Positions 18,033 to 31,078 of a DNA stretch of 64,000 nucleotides are shown piece by piece. Origin of the DNA: Candidatus Multivorans sp. (GTDB lineage: Bacteria; Acidobacteriota; Thermoanaerobaculia; Multivoradales; Multivoraceae). Each line of letters begins with the position of its first letter. The stretch's first letter is position 1. Under the pieces are notes generated by a model that did no database searches, was not told the origin of the DNA, and saw nothing but the letters and a program-made list of their open reading frames with translations. The stretch is taken from the NCBI GenBank assembly GCA_965247095.1, contig OZ251997.1:3264001-3328000 (forward strand), read 5' to 3'. Position numbers and translations under genes: made by a program.

Positions 18033-20066
18033 CCGGAACTTCACTTGGCTTGGAAGCACAAAACGGCTGTAATCACGGGGAAGATCTCCAGATTAGGGTG
18101 TCCGGTTGCTGTAAACACGTGTTTCGGGCGGGAGTGCGAGGAGTTCGAAGGCCTTGGCCTGTAGTCGCGTTGGCTCGGCGGTGACCATGAATCGGCTGTC
18201 GGGCTGACCTGGGAGCGTGACCTCGTTGAGGGTCAGGCTTCCGAGGTGGTTCAGCAGATCGGCCATGGCCTGGACGGGGAGGCCCTCGGGCGTGGCTTTG
18301 GATGCAGCCTTCCTCCTCGCGCTGTCGGATGGCCGGGCCTTTTCGACCGGGGTGCAGCGCTTGGCGCGTGCGCCCTCGGGGTCGTCGTCCTCGAAGAGGA
18401 GCGGCGCGAGCGCGCGGCGCATGTGCCATTCAAGGTACCAGGCGAGCATGCAGAGGAAGACATGGGCCCGTACCCGGTTTTCCGCGTAGACATGGATCGG
18501 ACGCACCTGGAGCCGACCGGTCTTGATCGCGCGGAAGGCGCGTTCGACGCGTGAGAGTGCCTTGTAGGCCTCGACCGTCCGCTCGGCGTCGATATCGGCG
18601 TCCGAGAGGCTGGTGCGGATGATGTAGACGCCGTCGAGCCGGGACTCGGCGTCGATCTTCTCCCGGTTGCGCTGCCAACTGATTCCGTCATCGCGCACCT
18701 CGATGTCGAAGTGCTTGCGCATCTTCCACCGGTTGGCCTGTTCGCCGACCGCGGCGTGGATGCGGTCGCGGTTGCTTGCCCCGGGCTGTCGCCTCCGCGC
18801 ACTTGTGGCGATCTCGGCGAGGGCGGCCTCGGTTGCCGCAAGCAGGTCCTCGCGCAGACGCGCCCGTTCCTCGCGCAGACGCGGGTTCAAGCAGACCATC
18901 AGGCGCTCGCCGGGGAAGTCCGGGCTGGTGATCTCGGCGACCTGATCGGCCGCGAGGTCCTCTGGACGAAGCGGCGGCCGGGCGTCCTCCCCGGGCTCTC
19001 GCGCGACGAGCAGCTTTCGGATCTCGGTGGTCTTCAGCGCCGAGATCCAGTCGAGCCCGGCGGGCTTGACGTCCTCACGGATGCGCGCGCTGGTGAGCAT
19101 GCCCCGATCCCCGACCAGTGCGATCCGCTCGATGCGAAAGCGCTTGCGGAGCTTGAGCACCTGAGAGCTCACCGTGGACGGGTCACTGACATTGCCCGAG
19201 AAGACTTCGACGGCCACCGGACACCCGTCGGCGCTGCAGAGAAGCCCGTAGGTGATCTGTTTCTTGCCTTTCTTCCCGTCCCGGTTGTGGCCGAAGGCGG
19301 CGAGCGGGCAGCACCTGCCCTCCACGAAGCTTGAGCTGACGTCGTAGAGGATCAGAGTCCCTCCGGCAAGATGCCGCCTCGCGAGACTGGCTTCGATGTG
19401 ACGCTGCCGACCGTGAAGCCAGTCGAGCATGGCGAGCATCTCGTTGCCGGTGACGTGCCCGAGCCCCAGGATGGCCCCGAGACTCGAGGCGGCCGTGTCT
19501 GGGGAGAGATGCCGTGCGGTGGAGAGCTTCGAGGCAGGGTCGATGATGCGGGCGACGACCGCGGCGAGGGCGAGCTTGCCGCAGCGTGTGCTCTTGCGGT
19601 CGAGGATGCGCGGGAGTCCGAGCTTTCGGGCGACGCCGAGGATGGCGGCGACGTGGCCGTGAAGGAGGGCCCTTCGGATGGAGACGGCCTGGTCGATGCC
19701 GGTGAAGACGGCGCCGCCCTTGAGGACGGCGCGGAAACCGTCGACGACGTGCGGCGGGAGCTTGGTCAGGTTTGCGACGGTCTTGTGTCGTACGCGCTTG
19801 CCTTCTCGCCAGGACTGCCGCAGAAGAGTCTGTGGCGAGCGGCCGTGGTTGGAGATGACGTCGATGCGGAAGGACACGTCGCTTCGTCGAGCATGTAAAC
19901 ACTCTGTGGAGAGATCATACAGGGAACAGATAGAGAAGTCTACATGTACACATCATCATGCGTGTAAACAAATATCCAGCACGCCGGCCCGCCCGGAGCG
20001 CCGGGAAATCAACTGCCGTCAGCGATCTACTGCCAAACGCCACCGAAATCGCCCGTGAAGTTCCGA
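18033..20066 (-). mobile_element. IS1634-family insertion sequence, copy 2 (a different element from copy 1)
   Basis: Terminal inverted repeats CCGGAACTTCAC / GTGAAGTTCCGA flanked by CTAG at 18029-18032 and 20067-20070. Confidence 0.85.
18093..19877 (-). CDS. IS1634-family DDE transposase
   Basis: 594 aa. LLRQSWREGKRV...TVANLT, YDVSS, VGDRG, YKALSRVERAFR and RVRAHVFLCMLA. Confidence 0.92.
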   Translation of the reverse strand: MSFRIDVISNHGRSPQTLLRQSWREGKRVRHKTVANLTKLPPHVVDGFRAVLKGGAVFTGIDQAVSIRRALLHGHVAAILGVARKLGLPRILDRKSTRCGKLALAAVVARIIDPASKLSTARHLSPDTAASSLGAILGLGHVTGNEMLAMLDWLHGRQRHIEASLARRHLAGGTLILYDVSSSFVEGRCCPLAAFGHNRDGKKGKKQITYGLLCSADGCPVAVEVFSGNVSDPSTVSSQVLKLRKRFRIERIALVGDRGMLTSARIREDVKPAGLDWISALKTTEIRKLLVAREPGEDARPPLRPEDLAADQVAEITSPDFPGERLMVCLNPRLREERARLREDLLAATEAALAEIATSARRRQPGASNRDRIHAAVGEQANRWKMRKHFDIEVRDDGISWQRNREKIDAESRLDGVYIIRTSLSDADIDAERTVEAYKALSRVERAFRAIKTGRLQVRPIHVYAENRVRAHVFLCMLAWYLEWHMRRALAPLLFEDDDPEGARAKRCTPVEKARPSDSARRKAASKATPEGLPVQAMADLLNHLGSLTLNEVTLPGQPDSRFMVTAEPTRLQAKAFELLALPPETRVYSNRTP

Positions 20067-20091
20067 CTAGAGCCCGCGCGGTCGCCATCAC

Positions 20092-20149
20092 CAGCGCACC
20101 GCCCTCCAGCCAGACAGGGGGCCTGTGAGGAGGCTCCCTGACTGGCGGG
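20092..20149 (-). repeat. Hairpin repeat, family B, copy 2 (inverted)
   Basis: Exact 22-bp reverse-complement match to 16601-16622 plus a 10-bp match to 16555-16564. Confidence 0.7.
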
Positions 20150-20176
20150 TGCCGCCGGCGCGTCGGAGACTGGACA

Positions 20177-21379
20177 CTACGGAGTCGCGATGCGATCGCA
20201 GATGCGATCCAGCGCCGACTCGTCGAGGTAGGGGTGCATCGGCAGGCTGACCACTCGGTCGGCCAGGCTCTCGCTCACCGGCAGCGATCCCGGACCGCGG
20301 CCGTACCGCTCGTACGCCGGCTGCAGGTGCATCGGGAGTGGGTAGTAGACCGCGGTCGGAATGCCGGCCCGATCGAGATGACCGCGCAGCGCATCCCGGG
20401 TCCGCGCCGACGGCCTTCCGGCCGCGTCGTCCACCCGTAGCGTGTATTGGGCCCAACTCGACTCCACCTCGGCCCCGCACTCCGGCGCCGCCACGCGCCA
20501 GGGCGTGTGCATCGACGTCGACGCGGCGCCCAGCCTTTCGGTGTAGCCGGCCGCCACGGCGCGCCGGGCGGCGAGTTCCTGCTCGAAGATGGTCAGCTTG
20601 GCCAGCAGCACGGCAGCCTGCAGCGTGTCCAGCCGACCGTTCATCCCCAGGCGCACGATGTCGTAACGGTCCGCGCTCTGGCCATGCTCGCGAATCGAAC
20701 GCACCACCTCCACGGCGGCAGGTTCGGTGCAAAGGACCGCGCCGCCGTCGCCATAGCCGCCGAGCGGCTTGGCGGGATAGAAGCTGGTCGTCGTGACCGG
20801 CGCGAGCGATCCGACGGGCCGGCCTTCGAGACGCGCGCCGAAGCTCTGGGCGGCATCCGAGACGACCTTGAGCCCCCTTGCTGCCGCCCACTCCGCCAGC
20901 GGATGCTCAGCCACCGGCCGGCCGAACAGGTCGACGGTGATGACCGCTCTGGGAACGGCGCCTCCCGCGCGCTCCAGCGCGTCGAACTGGTGCCCGAGCG
21001 AATCGAGGTCGAGCAGAAAGTCATCCTCCCGCACGTCGACGAACACCGGGACGGCGCCTGCCAGCAGGACGACTTCCGCCGTCGCGGTGAACGTGAAGGA
21101 CGGAACGAACACCGCGTCCCGCCGACCTTCCGTGCGCCCTATGCCCAGCGCAAGCAGGGCGATCAACAGGGCGTCCGATCCGTTCGACACGGCAACCGCC
21201 GACGCGCCGCCCAGCCGGCCCAGTTCAGCCTCCAGTTCCTCGACTTCGGGGCCCATGACGTAGCGGCCGTGGTCGAGGACGGCAGCGATCCGCCGATCGA
21301 TCTCCGGGCGCAGCCGCCTCGACTGGGCAGCCAGGTCGACGAAGGGGATGCGCTTCCCCGGGTCCGCGCGCGTCGTCAT
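20177..21379 (-). CDS. DegT/DnrJ/EryC1/StrS sugar aminotransferase (WbpE-like)
   Basis: IPFVDL, GPEVEELE, FTFTATAE, DAAQSFGA, SFYPAKPLGGYGDGG and N.RLDTLQAA. ATG overlaps the mutY stop. Confidence 0.9.
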   Translation of the reverse strand: MTTRADPGKRIPFVDLAAQSRRLRPEIDRRIAAVLDHGRYVMGPEVEELEAELGRLGGASAVAVSNGSDALLIALLALGIGRTEGRRDAVFVPSFTFTATAEVVLLAGAVPVFVDVREDDFLLDLDSLGHQFDALERAGGAVPRAVITVDLFGRPVAEHPLAEWAAARGLKVVSDAAQSFGARLEGRPVGSLAPVTTTSFYPAKPLGGYGDGGAVLCTEPAAVEVVRSIREHGQSADRYDIVRLGMNGRLDTLQAAVLLAKLTIFEQELAARRAVAAGYTERLGAASTSMHTPWRVAAPECGAEVESSWAQYTLRVDDAAGRPSARTRDALRGHLDRAGIPTAVYYPLPMHLQPAYERYGRGPGSLPVSESLADRVVSLPMHPYLDESALDRICDRIATP

Positions 21380-22509
21380 GGCCCGGAGTGTATTGGTCCG
21401 TGGGCCAGCGACCTGCCGAGCCCCTTGAAGGACTTGCCCAGCAGCGATGAAGTCGGCAGCTTGTGGATCTCGTCGAGCGGGAACCACTGGAGGTCGCCCC
21501 GGGCTGATCCGCCGCGCGGCGCCCCGGCTTCCGGGTCCTGCCGCTCCGGCCGCCAGCGGGCGAGCGCAACCCGCACGACGAAGTCCCGATAGGTGACCGT
21601 GTGCCGCACCGCGACATCCTCGTCGTCGCATTCCCAGGCGCCGCCGAACTCCACGCGGAGCAGCTCTGCCGCTTCGCTCGCGGACTCATCGCCCCTCCCG
21701 AGTTCGACCGTCGGCAGATGCCAGCGGCCGGCCAGCCAGTCCGCGTCGTGCGGGCGGCGGTGCAGCAGCAAGCCGCGACCACTCTCGACCATCGCCGTGA
21801 AGCAGTGAATCGTCTTTCGGGCTCGACGCGGGCTCGCGACGGGATACGCCCGGGGATCCAGCCCGCTCGTCTGGAAGGCCCTGCAGCCTCGAGCGAGCGG
21901 ACAGGGGCCACAGTCGGGGCGCCGGCGCCGGCAGACGAGCGAACCCACCTCCATCAAGGCCTGATTCGAGTCCCCCGGCCGGTTCGGGTCCAGGAGTCTC
22001 GCCGCGGTCGCCAGCAGGTTCCGTCGGGCTTCGGCCCGCTTGGGCGGCTGCGGGGAAGCCAGGAAACGGCTCAGCACGCGTTCGACGTTGCCGTCGAGCA
22101 CCGGCGCACATTCTCCGCCCAGGCGGCTGGCGAGCAGCGCCGAAGTGTAGGCGCCCGCCCCGGGCAGCTCGCTCCACTCCGCGGCGGTCCGGGGAAACTC
22201 GCCCCGTTCGGCCAGGATGCGGGCGGCCTGATGGAGGTTCCGGGCCCGGCGGTAGTACCCGAGGCCCGACCAGGCGGCCTCGACCTCCTCGACCCCGGCC
22301 GCGGCCAACGTCTCCAGGGTGGGGAACCTGCCTAGGAAGCCCGAATAGCGCGAGGCCACGACCTCGCTCCGGGTCTGCTGGAGCATGACTTCCGCAACCA
22401 GGATCTGGTAGGCATCCTCGGATCGGCGCCACGGCAATTCGCGGTGGCTACGGTCAAACCAGTCCAGTAGCCCGTCCCGAAGCTCCTCTGGTTGAAGTAA
22501 CTGCAACAT
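21376..22509 (-). CDS. mutY: A/G-specific adenine glycosylase
   Basis: R.LPWR, EVMLQQT, WSGLGYYRRARNL, HhH, DGNVERV, FeS cluster cysteines and NUDIX-like tail. Confidence 0.93.
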   Translation of the reverse strand: MLQLLQPEELRDGLLDWFDRSHRELPWRRSEDAYQILVAEVMLQQTRSEVVASRYSGFLGRFPTLETLAAAGVEEVEAAWSGLGYYRRARNLHQAARILAERGEFPRTAAEWSELPGAGAYTSALLASRLGGECAPVLDGNVERVLSRFLASPQPPKRAEARRNLLATAARLLDPNRPGDSNQALMEVGSLVCRRRRPDCGPCPLARGCRAFQTSGLDPRAYPVASPRRARKTIHCFTAMVESGRGLLLHRRPHDADWLAGRWHLPTVELGRGDESASEAAELLRVEFGGAWECDDEDVAVRHTVTYRDFVVRVALARWRPERQDPEAGAPRGGSARGDLQWFPLDEIHKLPTSSLLGKSFKGLGRSLAHGPIHSGP

Positions 22510-22559
22510 GGGTCAGAACCTAGGCCGCCGGCGCCGACCGTCGGCGCGATCAGGCCTCA

Positions 22560-22760
22560 AGAAAAGATGAAGAAAGTGCCCACAAACCTCTTGTTCCCAC
22601 CAAGGCCCACTGCTATCCTGCCCATCTCGCGCAACGGAGACCGCCCGGCCTGAAACCACAGGACACCTGCTTGTCCGAGAACCGCCAGTTTCGGTGCCGG
22701 TCGTCCTGAGTTTTTCCACATTGTGCGGAAAAGCTGCGGAACATAGCTCTACAAAGCGGC
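22560..22760. other. Putative oriC / dnaA-promoter segment with DnaA boxes
   Basis: TTTTCCACA at 22712-22720, with adjacent inverted degenerate boxes, in the lower-GC intergenic region upstream of dnaA. Confidence 0.55.
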
Positions 22761-22939
22761 TTGTCCTTGGCACACGCCCAGGGCATCGGTCGTGACTGCG
22801 CGGTTGGTGTCGGGGGGACAGGTGCGTTTCTGGGAAGAGGAACGGAAAACTGAAGCAGAACGGGTGCCGGTCGCGCTCGAAGACGGGGGCGCGCCTTCCC
22901 TGACTGGGGACAGGAACGGCACTGAACGGACTGCGCGGC

Positions 22940-24274
22940 ATGCCTAGTTCCGTTTGGCCGACTCTACGCCGCCAGTTGCGCGCCGACCTGCCACCGGACG
23001 AATTCCGCACCTGGTTCTACCCGCTCAGTGTCGCCTCGGAAGACGCCGAGCAGTTGGTCCTCGAAGCGCCGAACTCCCGCTTCGTCGCGGCGCTGGAGGA
23101 AGGCTTCCGGCCCATCGTCGACTGGGCGATCGCGGATCTCAAGGGGCCGACCTTCCAGGTTCTCTTCAAGAGCAGCGATGCGATCAGACGGACCGCCCGG
23201 CCGGCGGCGACTTCCCGAAGGACACCGGTGGCTGTCGATGACGACGCGGCCGCCGGCAGCTCCCTCAACCCCCAGTATCGCTTCGACTCGTTCGTGATCG
23301 GCAACTCGAACCGCTTCGCCGCCGCCGCCTCCCAGGCAGTGGCCGAGAAGCCCGGAATCGCCTACAACCCGCTCTTCCTCTACGGCGGTGTGGGCTTGGG
23401 CAAGACCCACCTCCTGCACGCGATCGGGAACCGCCTTCGGGCTACCGCCCCGGGTACGCGCGTGGTCTATCTGGCCGCCGAAGACTTCGTCAACGACCTG
23501 ATCACCTCGATCCGGTTCGAGCGCATGCCCGCCTTCCGGGAGCGCTACCGGACGATCGACGTCCTCCTGGTCGACGACATCCAGTTTCTGGCCAGGAAGG
23601 AGCGATCGCAGGAGGAGTTCTTCCACACCTTCAACGTGCTCTATACACGGCAGAAGCAGATCATCGTCACCTCCGACGCGCAGCCGCGGGATCTGGCCGA
23701 GATGGAAGAGCGGCTACGGAGTCGTTTCGGCTCCGGTCTGCTCGCGGACATCCAGCCCCCGGACCTGGAAACCAAGGTCGCCATTCTCCAGCGCAAGGCC
23801 CGCCAACTCCAGGGCCTGGATCTCGACACCGATGTCGCCCTCTTCATCGCCCGGCAAGTGCACTCCAACGTGCGGGAACTCGAGGGGCTGCTCAACCGGG
23901 TTACCGCCTTCGCATCGCTCTCCGGCGCGCGTCTCGACCTGGACTTCGCCAAGGAGGCGCTGCGCGATGTTCTCCCTGAGCACGACCGTCCCGTGTTCCC
24001 GGCGCAGATCGTCAAGCTGGTTGCCCATCACTACGGGCTCAAGGTGCGCGAGATCAAGAGCAAGAGCAACTCGCGGCAGATCACCTATCCCCGGCAGATC
24101 GCTATGTACCTCTGCAAACGACTGACCGAGATGTCCTATCCGGAGATCGGCCGGTTGTTCAACGGCAAACACCACTCGACGGTCATGTACTCCGTCGAGC
24201 AGATCGAGCGGCGCCGCGGCGAGGACGAGCGTCTGGCCGCTCAACTGGAGCGCTTTACCCGTCAATTCAGTTGA
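22940..24274 (+). CDS. dnaA: Chromosomal replication initiator DnaA
   Basis: [38 protein letters not shown] and domain IV RQIAMYL...HSTV. Confidence 0.98.
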   Translation: MPSSVWPTLRRQLRADLPPDEFRTWFYPLSVASEDAEQLVLEAPNSRFVAALEEGFRPIVDWAIADLKGPTFQVLFKSSDAIRRTARPAATSRRTPVAVDDDAAAGSSLNPQYRFDSFVIGNSNRFAAAASQAVAEKPGIAYNPLFLYGGVGLGKTHLLHAIGNRLRATAPGTRVVYLAAEDFVNDLITSIRFERMPAFRERYRTIDVLLVDDIQFLARKERSQEEFFHTFNVLYTRQKQIIVTSDAQPRDLAEMEERLRSRFGSGLLADIQPPDLETKVAILQRKARQLQGLDLDTDVALFIARQVHSNVRELEGLLNRVTAFASLSGARLDLDFAKEALRDVLPEHDRPVFPAQIVKLVAHHYGLKVREIKSKSNSRQITYPRQIAMYLCKRLTEMSYPEIGRLFNGKHHSTVMYSVEQIERRRGEDERLAAQLERFTRQFS

Positions 24275-24676
24275 ACCGAGCTTCAACTCTGTCGAACCTG
24301 TTGAACCTGTTGAACCGGGCTTCAACTCTGTTGAGCCCGGCGCGCGCGCCCGAAGACAAACCCCTGGCGCCACCTGGAAGACGAACATCCTGCGGAATCC
24401 CAGCGGATCGGCCCTGGAGCGAACAGTGTGGCAGCGGCGGATTGACCGAGCGCCCGTTTCGGCCATTCTGTGGACAGTATTCGAGGCTGCTGCGACCGCG
24501 GCGCAAAACTCCGCAGAATGCACAACGAGTCCACCGCTTCATCCACCACTTACTATCAGGGGTCATCGGCCATAAGTTACTCTATTAAAATGATTTACAT
24601 CGCACATGCACAGACGCGCCCGAAGCCTTCTACGACTACTTGGATGGTGTATATTGACTCCCTGAGGAGAGCGTAG
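24275..24676. other. Putative oriC unwinding segment (dnaA-dnaN intergenic)
   Basis: About 400 bp non-coding, degenerate DnaA-box-like 9-mers (e.g. TGTGGACAG near 24470) and an AT-rich tract at 24571-24600. Confidence 0.55.
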
Positions 24677-25789
24677 ATGAAGACCACGGTTGAACGAAGA
24701 GAACTGCTAACCGAACTCGCGGCGATGCGCGGCATCGTGGAAAGCAGGTCGACGATTCCGGTCCTGTCCCACCTCCTGTTGCGGGTTCGTGAGAACCGGC
24801 TGGAACTGGCGGCGACCGATCTCGATGTTTCGCTCACGTCTTCGTGCGCGGCCGAGGAAGGGTCCAGCGAGCCGGGCGCCACAGCCGTTCAGGCGCGCAA
24901 ACTCCTGGAGATCGTCCGCGCCCTCGGTGACGGTCCGGTCGAGTTGTCGACCGGCGAGTCGAACTCGCTCCACATCGCTGCCGGCTCCTCGCGGTTCCGC
25001 ATCAACGGTCTCTCGGCCGAGGATTTTCCGACTCTGCCCGCGGTCGATCCCGACTCGGCCTCCGCATCCTTCGAGGTGCCGTTTGCCGACTTCAAGCGAA
25101 TGATCGGCAAGGTCATCTTCGCGGTCTCCGCCGAAGAGTCACGGTTCCAGTTGAACGGCGCGCTGCTCAAGCTCAAGGACGGCGCAGTCGAGTTGGTGGC
25201 CACGGACGGCCACCGCCTCGCCCTGATCCAGGTGGAGATGTCCGGCGTAGCCGAGGCGGACGGTGTGCTGGCGCCGCGCAAGGCGTTGTTGGAACTGATG
25301 CGCTTCGACAGTGACGAGAGCGTCACCTTCCGGCGCGGCGAGCATCATCTCGCCTTCGTGATAGGGCGTCGCGAGTTGACCTGCCGCATCCTGGAGGGCA
25401 CGTTCCCGGACTACGAGAAGGTCATCTCGAAGGACAACGACCAGAAGACCACCTTCGACCGCCAGGAGCTCTCCGAGGTCGTCCATCGCGTTTCTCTGCT
25501 GACCGGCGATCGGGCACCCATGGTGAGGTTCAAGTTCGACGCCCAGTCGCTGCTCGTGTCGTCGTCCAATCCAGATATGGGAGAGGCCGAAGAGAGCCTC
25601 GAATGCGACTATGAGGCGGAGAATCTGGAGATAGGCATGAACCCCGCCTACGTGCGGGACTTCCTGGGCGCGGTCGATACCGACCGGGTCGAGTTCGCGC
25701 TGAAGGACGAGAACAGCCAGTGCCTCGGACAACCGGTTGACGGCGCCGATTCGCGCTACCTGTGCGTGATCATGCCGATGCGGATCTAG
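24677..25789 (+). CDS. dnaN: DNA polymerase III beta clamp
   Basis: TIPVLS, ATDLDV, ATDGHRLA, G.FPDYE and C-terminal VIMPMRI. Confidence 0.97.
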   Translation: MKTTVERRELLTELAAMRGIVESRSTIPVLSHLLLRVRENRLELAATDLDVSLTSSCAAEEGSSEPGATAVQARKLLEIVRALGDGPVELSTGESNSLHIAAGSSRFRINGLSAEDFPTLPAVDPDSASASFEVPFADFKRMIGKVIFAVSAEESRFQLNGALLKLKDGAVELVATDGHRLALIQVEMSGVAEADGVLAPRKALLELMRFDSDESVTFRRGEHHLAFVIGRRELTCRILEGTFPDYEKVISKDNDQKTTFDRQELSEVVHRVSLLTGDRAPMVRFKFDAQSLLVSSSNPDMGEAEESLECDYEAENLEIGMNPAYVRDFLGAVDTDRVEFALKDENSQCLGQPVDGADSRYLCVIMPMRI

Positions 25790-25857
25790 CCGTCCTGAAC
25801 CGCTCCCCGACTTTTCCTGTAAACCTCCTGTTTTCAAATAGTTACAGGCTAAACTGA

Positions 25858-28386
<2,529 letters not shown>

Positions 28387-28396
28387 TCGACTTGAA

Positions 28397-31060
28397 GTGA
28401 CTAAGGGCGACCCCCCCATCGGGCCCCCGCCGGAATCGCCGCCAGGATCGCCGCCGGAGCGGTCCGCGCCGGGCCACGACACGGTGCCGGTCCAGCTCGA
28501 GCGCGAGATGCGCCGGAGCTACCTCGATTACGCGATGAGCGTGATCATCGGCCGCGCGCTGCCGGATGTCCGCGACGGCTTGAAGCCGGTTCATCGGCGC
28601 GTGCTCTTCGGCATGTGGGAGGCCGGCAACACAGCCGGGCGCGCGTACAAGAAGTCGGCGCGCATCGTCGGCGACGTGATGGGCAAATACCACCCTCACG
28701 GCGACGGCCCCATCTACGACACGGTGGTGCGGTTGGCGCAGGACTTCTCCATGCGCTACCCCCTGGTCGACGGCCAGGGCAACTTCGGGTCGATCGACGG
28801 CGACAACCCGGCGGCGATGCGCTACACGGAGGTGCGCTTAACGCGGATCGCCGAGGAGATGCTGCGCGAGGACATCAACAAGGACACCGTCGACTGGGTG
28901 CCGAACTACGACGGTTCGGAACAGGAGCCGTTGCCTCTCCCGGCGCGGATACCGAACCTGCTGGTCAACGGTTCGGCCGGCATCGCGGTCGGCATGGCCA
29001 CGAACATCCCGCCCCACAACCTCGGCGAAGCGATCGCGGCAGTCAAGCTGCTGATCGACCGTCCCCAGGCGTCACTGGACGAGCTGATCGAGCTCATCCC
29101 CGGGCCGGACTTCCCGACCGGAGGGTTCATCCACGGTCGCGCGGGCATCCGTAGCGCCTATGAGACGGGACGCGGTTCGATTCAGGTGCGCTCTCGCGCC
29201 GACATCGAGGACAGGGGTTCGGACCGGCAGTCGATCATCGTCACCGAGATTCCCTACCAGGTGAACAAAGCGCGGCTGATCGAACGGATCGCCGAACTGG
29301 TGCGTGAGAAGAAGCTCGAGGGCATCCGCGATCTGCGCGACGAGTCCGACCGCGACGGCATCCGCATCGTGATCGACCTGAAGCGGGGCGAGGTGGCCGA
29401 GGTCATCCTGAACACCCTCTACAAGATGACCAAGCTCCAGGTCAGCTACGGCATGAACATGCTGGCGATCGTCGACAACCAGCCTCAGGTCCTGAGCCTG
29501 CACGACCTGCTGCGCCACTTCCTGGACCATCGCCGCACGGTCGTCGTCCGGCGCTGCCGCTACGAGTTGGCCCGGGCGGAACAGCGGGCCCATGTGATCG
29601 AGGGTCTGCTCGTCGCTCTCGATCATCTGGACGAGGTGATCGCCGCGATCCGCGCCAGCCGCACGCCGCCGGAGGCCCGGGTGAGACTCACCCTGGACTT
29701 CGCCCTGACCGAGCCCCAGGCGCAGGCGATCCTCGACATGCGCCTGCAGCGATTGACCGGACTCGAGCGCGAGAAGATCCAGGAGGAGTACGCCGAGCTG
29801 ATCGCCGAGATCGGGCGGCTGCGCGCCATTCTGGGTTCGGACGCGCTGCTGCTGGCGGAAATCCGAGGTGAACTCGACGCGATCGAAAAGCGCTATAGCG
29901 ATCCGCGCCGCACCGAGATCCTGGCCCACTCCTCCGACATCACGATCGAGGACATGATCGCCGACGAGGACATGGTCATCACGGTGACGCGATCGGGCTA
30001 CGTCAAGCGCTCACCGCTCAGCTTGTACCGGGCCCAGCATCGCGGCGGCAAGGGCCGAACCGGCATGGCGACGAGGGATGGCGACTTCGTCGAGCAGCTC
30101 TACGTCGCATCCGCCCACAGCTATGTCCTAGTGTTCACCGACCGGGGCCACTGCTACTGGCTCAAGGTGCACCAGATCCCCCAGATGGGCCCGGCGGCGC
30201 GGGGCAAGGCGATCGTCAATCTGCTGCGGCTCGACAGCGGCGAGACGGTCGCCGCTACGGCCGCGGTGCGCGAGTTCCCGGAAGACCGCTTCCTGACCTT
30301 CGCCACCGAGGCCGGCGTGGTGAAGAAGACAGCTCTGTCCCACTACTCGCGCCCCCGCCCCAGTGGCATCATCGCGCTGAGGATCGACGAGTCCGACCGC
30401 CTCCTGACGGTCAAGGTCACCGACGGCGGCAGCGACCTGGTGCTGGCGACGCGGATGGGCTACTCGGTCCGGTTCCCCGAGAGCGACCTGCGCTCCTTGG
30501 GGCGGGCGACCCGGGGCGTGCGCGGGATCCGTCTGCGCCGCGGCGACCGGGTCGTCTCGATGGAGTGCCTGCAGGCGCCGGCGCCGGAGGCTGACGAACC
30601 CGGGTGGCGCGAACCCGGGTGGCGCGAATCCGCGCCACCCGCGAACCAGTCCGAGCGCTCGTCATCGAGCGCTCGGATGGAACCGCTGCCGCCGGAGACG
30701 ATGCTGCTTACGGTCAGCGAGAACGGCTTCGGCAAGCGCACCGCGCTCGGCGAGCACCGCCGCCAGTCGAGGGGAGGCCTCGGGATCATCAATCTCAAGG
30801 TCTCAGACAGGACCGGCGCCGTGGTCGGTGTCCGGGAGGTGACGGACGACACCGGCCTGATGCTGATCACTCACGAGGGGAAGATCATCCGCATCACCGC
30901 GGGCAGCGTGTCCCGGATCGGGCGCGCCACCCAAGGGGTCAAGGTCATGGACATGGGCGACGGGGACCGGATCGTCGCCCTGGCCCGGATCCCGGACCGC
31001 GGTGAGGAGGACGAAGAGGATGTCGACGCCGCGGCCGACGATGCTGAACCGATCAACTAG
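28397..31060 (+). CDS. gyrA: DNA gyrase subunit A
   Basis: YAMSVI..RALPD.RDGLKPV, YHPHGD, AAMRYTE, GyrA-box QHRGGKG and beta-pinwheel CTD. Confidence 0.98.
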   Translation: MTKGDPPIGPPPESPPGSPPERSAPGHDTVPVQLEREMRRSYLDYAMSVIIGRALPDVRDGLKPVHRRVLFGMWEAGNTAGRAYKKSARIVGDVMGKYHPHGDGPIYDTVVRLAQDFSMRYPLVDGQGNFGSIDGDNPAAMRYTEVRLTRIAEEMLREDINKDTVDWVPNYDGSEQEPLPLPARIPNLLVNGSAGIAVGMATNIPPHNLGEAIAAVKLLIDRPQASLDELIELIPGPDFPTGGFIHGRAGIRSAYETGRGSIQVRSRADIEDRGSDRQSIIVTEIPYQVNKARLIERIAELVREKKLEGIRDLRDESDRDGIRIVIDLKRGEVAEVILNTLYKMTKLQVSYGMNMLAIVDNQPQVLSLHDLLRHFLDHRRTVVVRRCRYELARAEQRAHVIEGLLVALDHLDEVIAAIRASRTPPEARVRLTLDFALTEPQAQAILDMRLQRLTGLEREKIQEEYAELIAEIGRLRAILGSDALLLAEIRGELDAIEKRYSDPRRTEILAHSSDITIEDMIADEDMVITVTRSGYVKRSPLSLYRAQHRGGKGRTGMATRDGDFVEQLYVASAHSYVLVFTDRGHCYWLKVHQIPQMGPAARGKAIVNLLRLDSGETVAATAAVREFPEDRFLTFATEAGVVKKTALSHYSRPRPSGIIALRIDESDRLLTVKVTDGGSDLVLATRMGYSVRFPESDLRSLGRATRGVRGIRLRRGDRVVSMECLQAPAPEADEPGWREPGWRESAPPANQSERSSSSARMEPLPPETMLLTVSENGFGKRTALGEHRRQSRGGLGIINLKVSDRTGAVVGVREVTDDTGLMLITHEGKIIRITAGSVSRIGRATQGVKVMDMGDGDRIVALARIPDRGEEDEEDVDAAADDAEPIN
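30596..30680 (+). repeat. Double-hairpin palindromic repeat, family A, copy 2, in frame within gyrA
   Basis: GAACCCGGGTGGCGC duplicated, then GGGTGGCGCG aatc CGCGCCACCC and TCCGAGCGCTCG tcat CGAGCGCTCGGA. Confidence 0.8.
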
Positions 31061-31078
31061 CGCACAGGGAGCCGCGGC

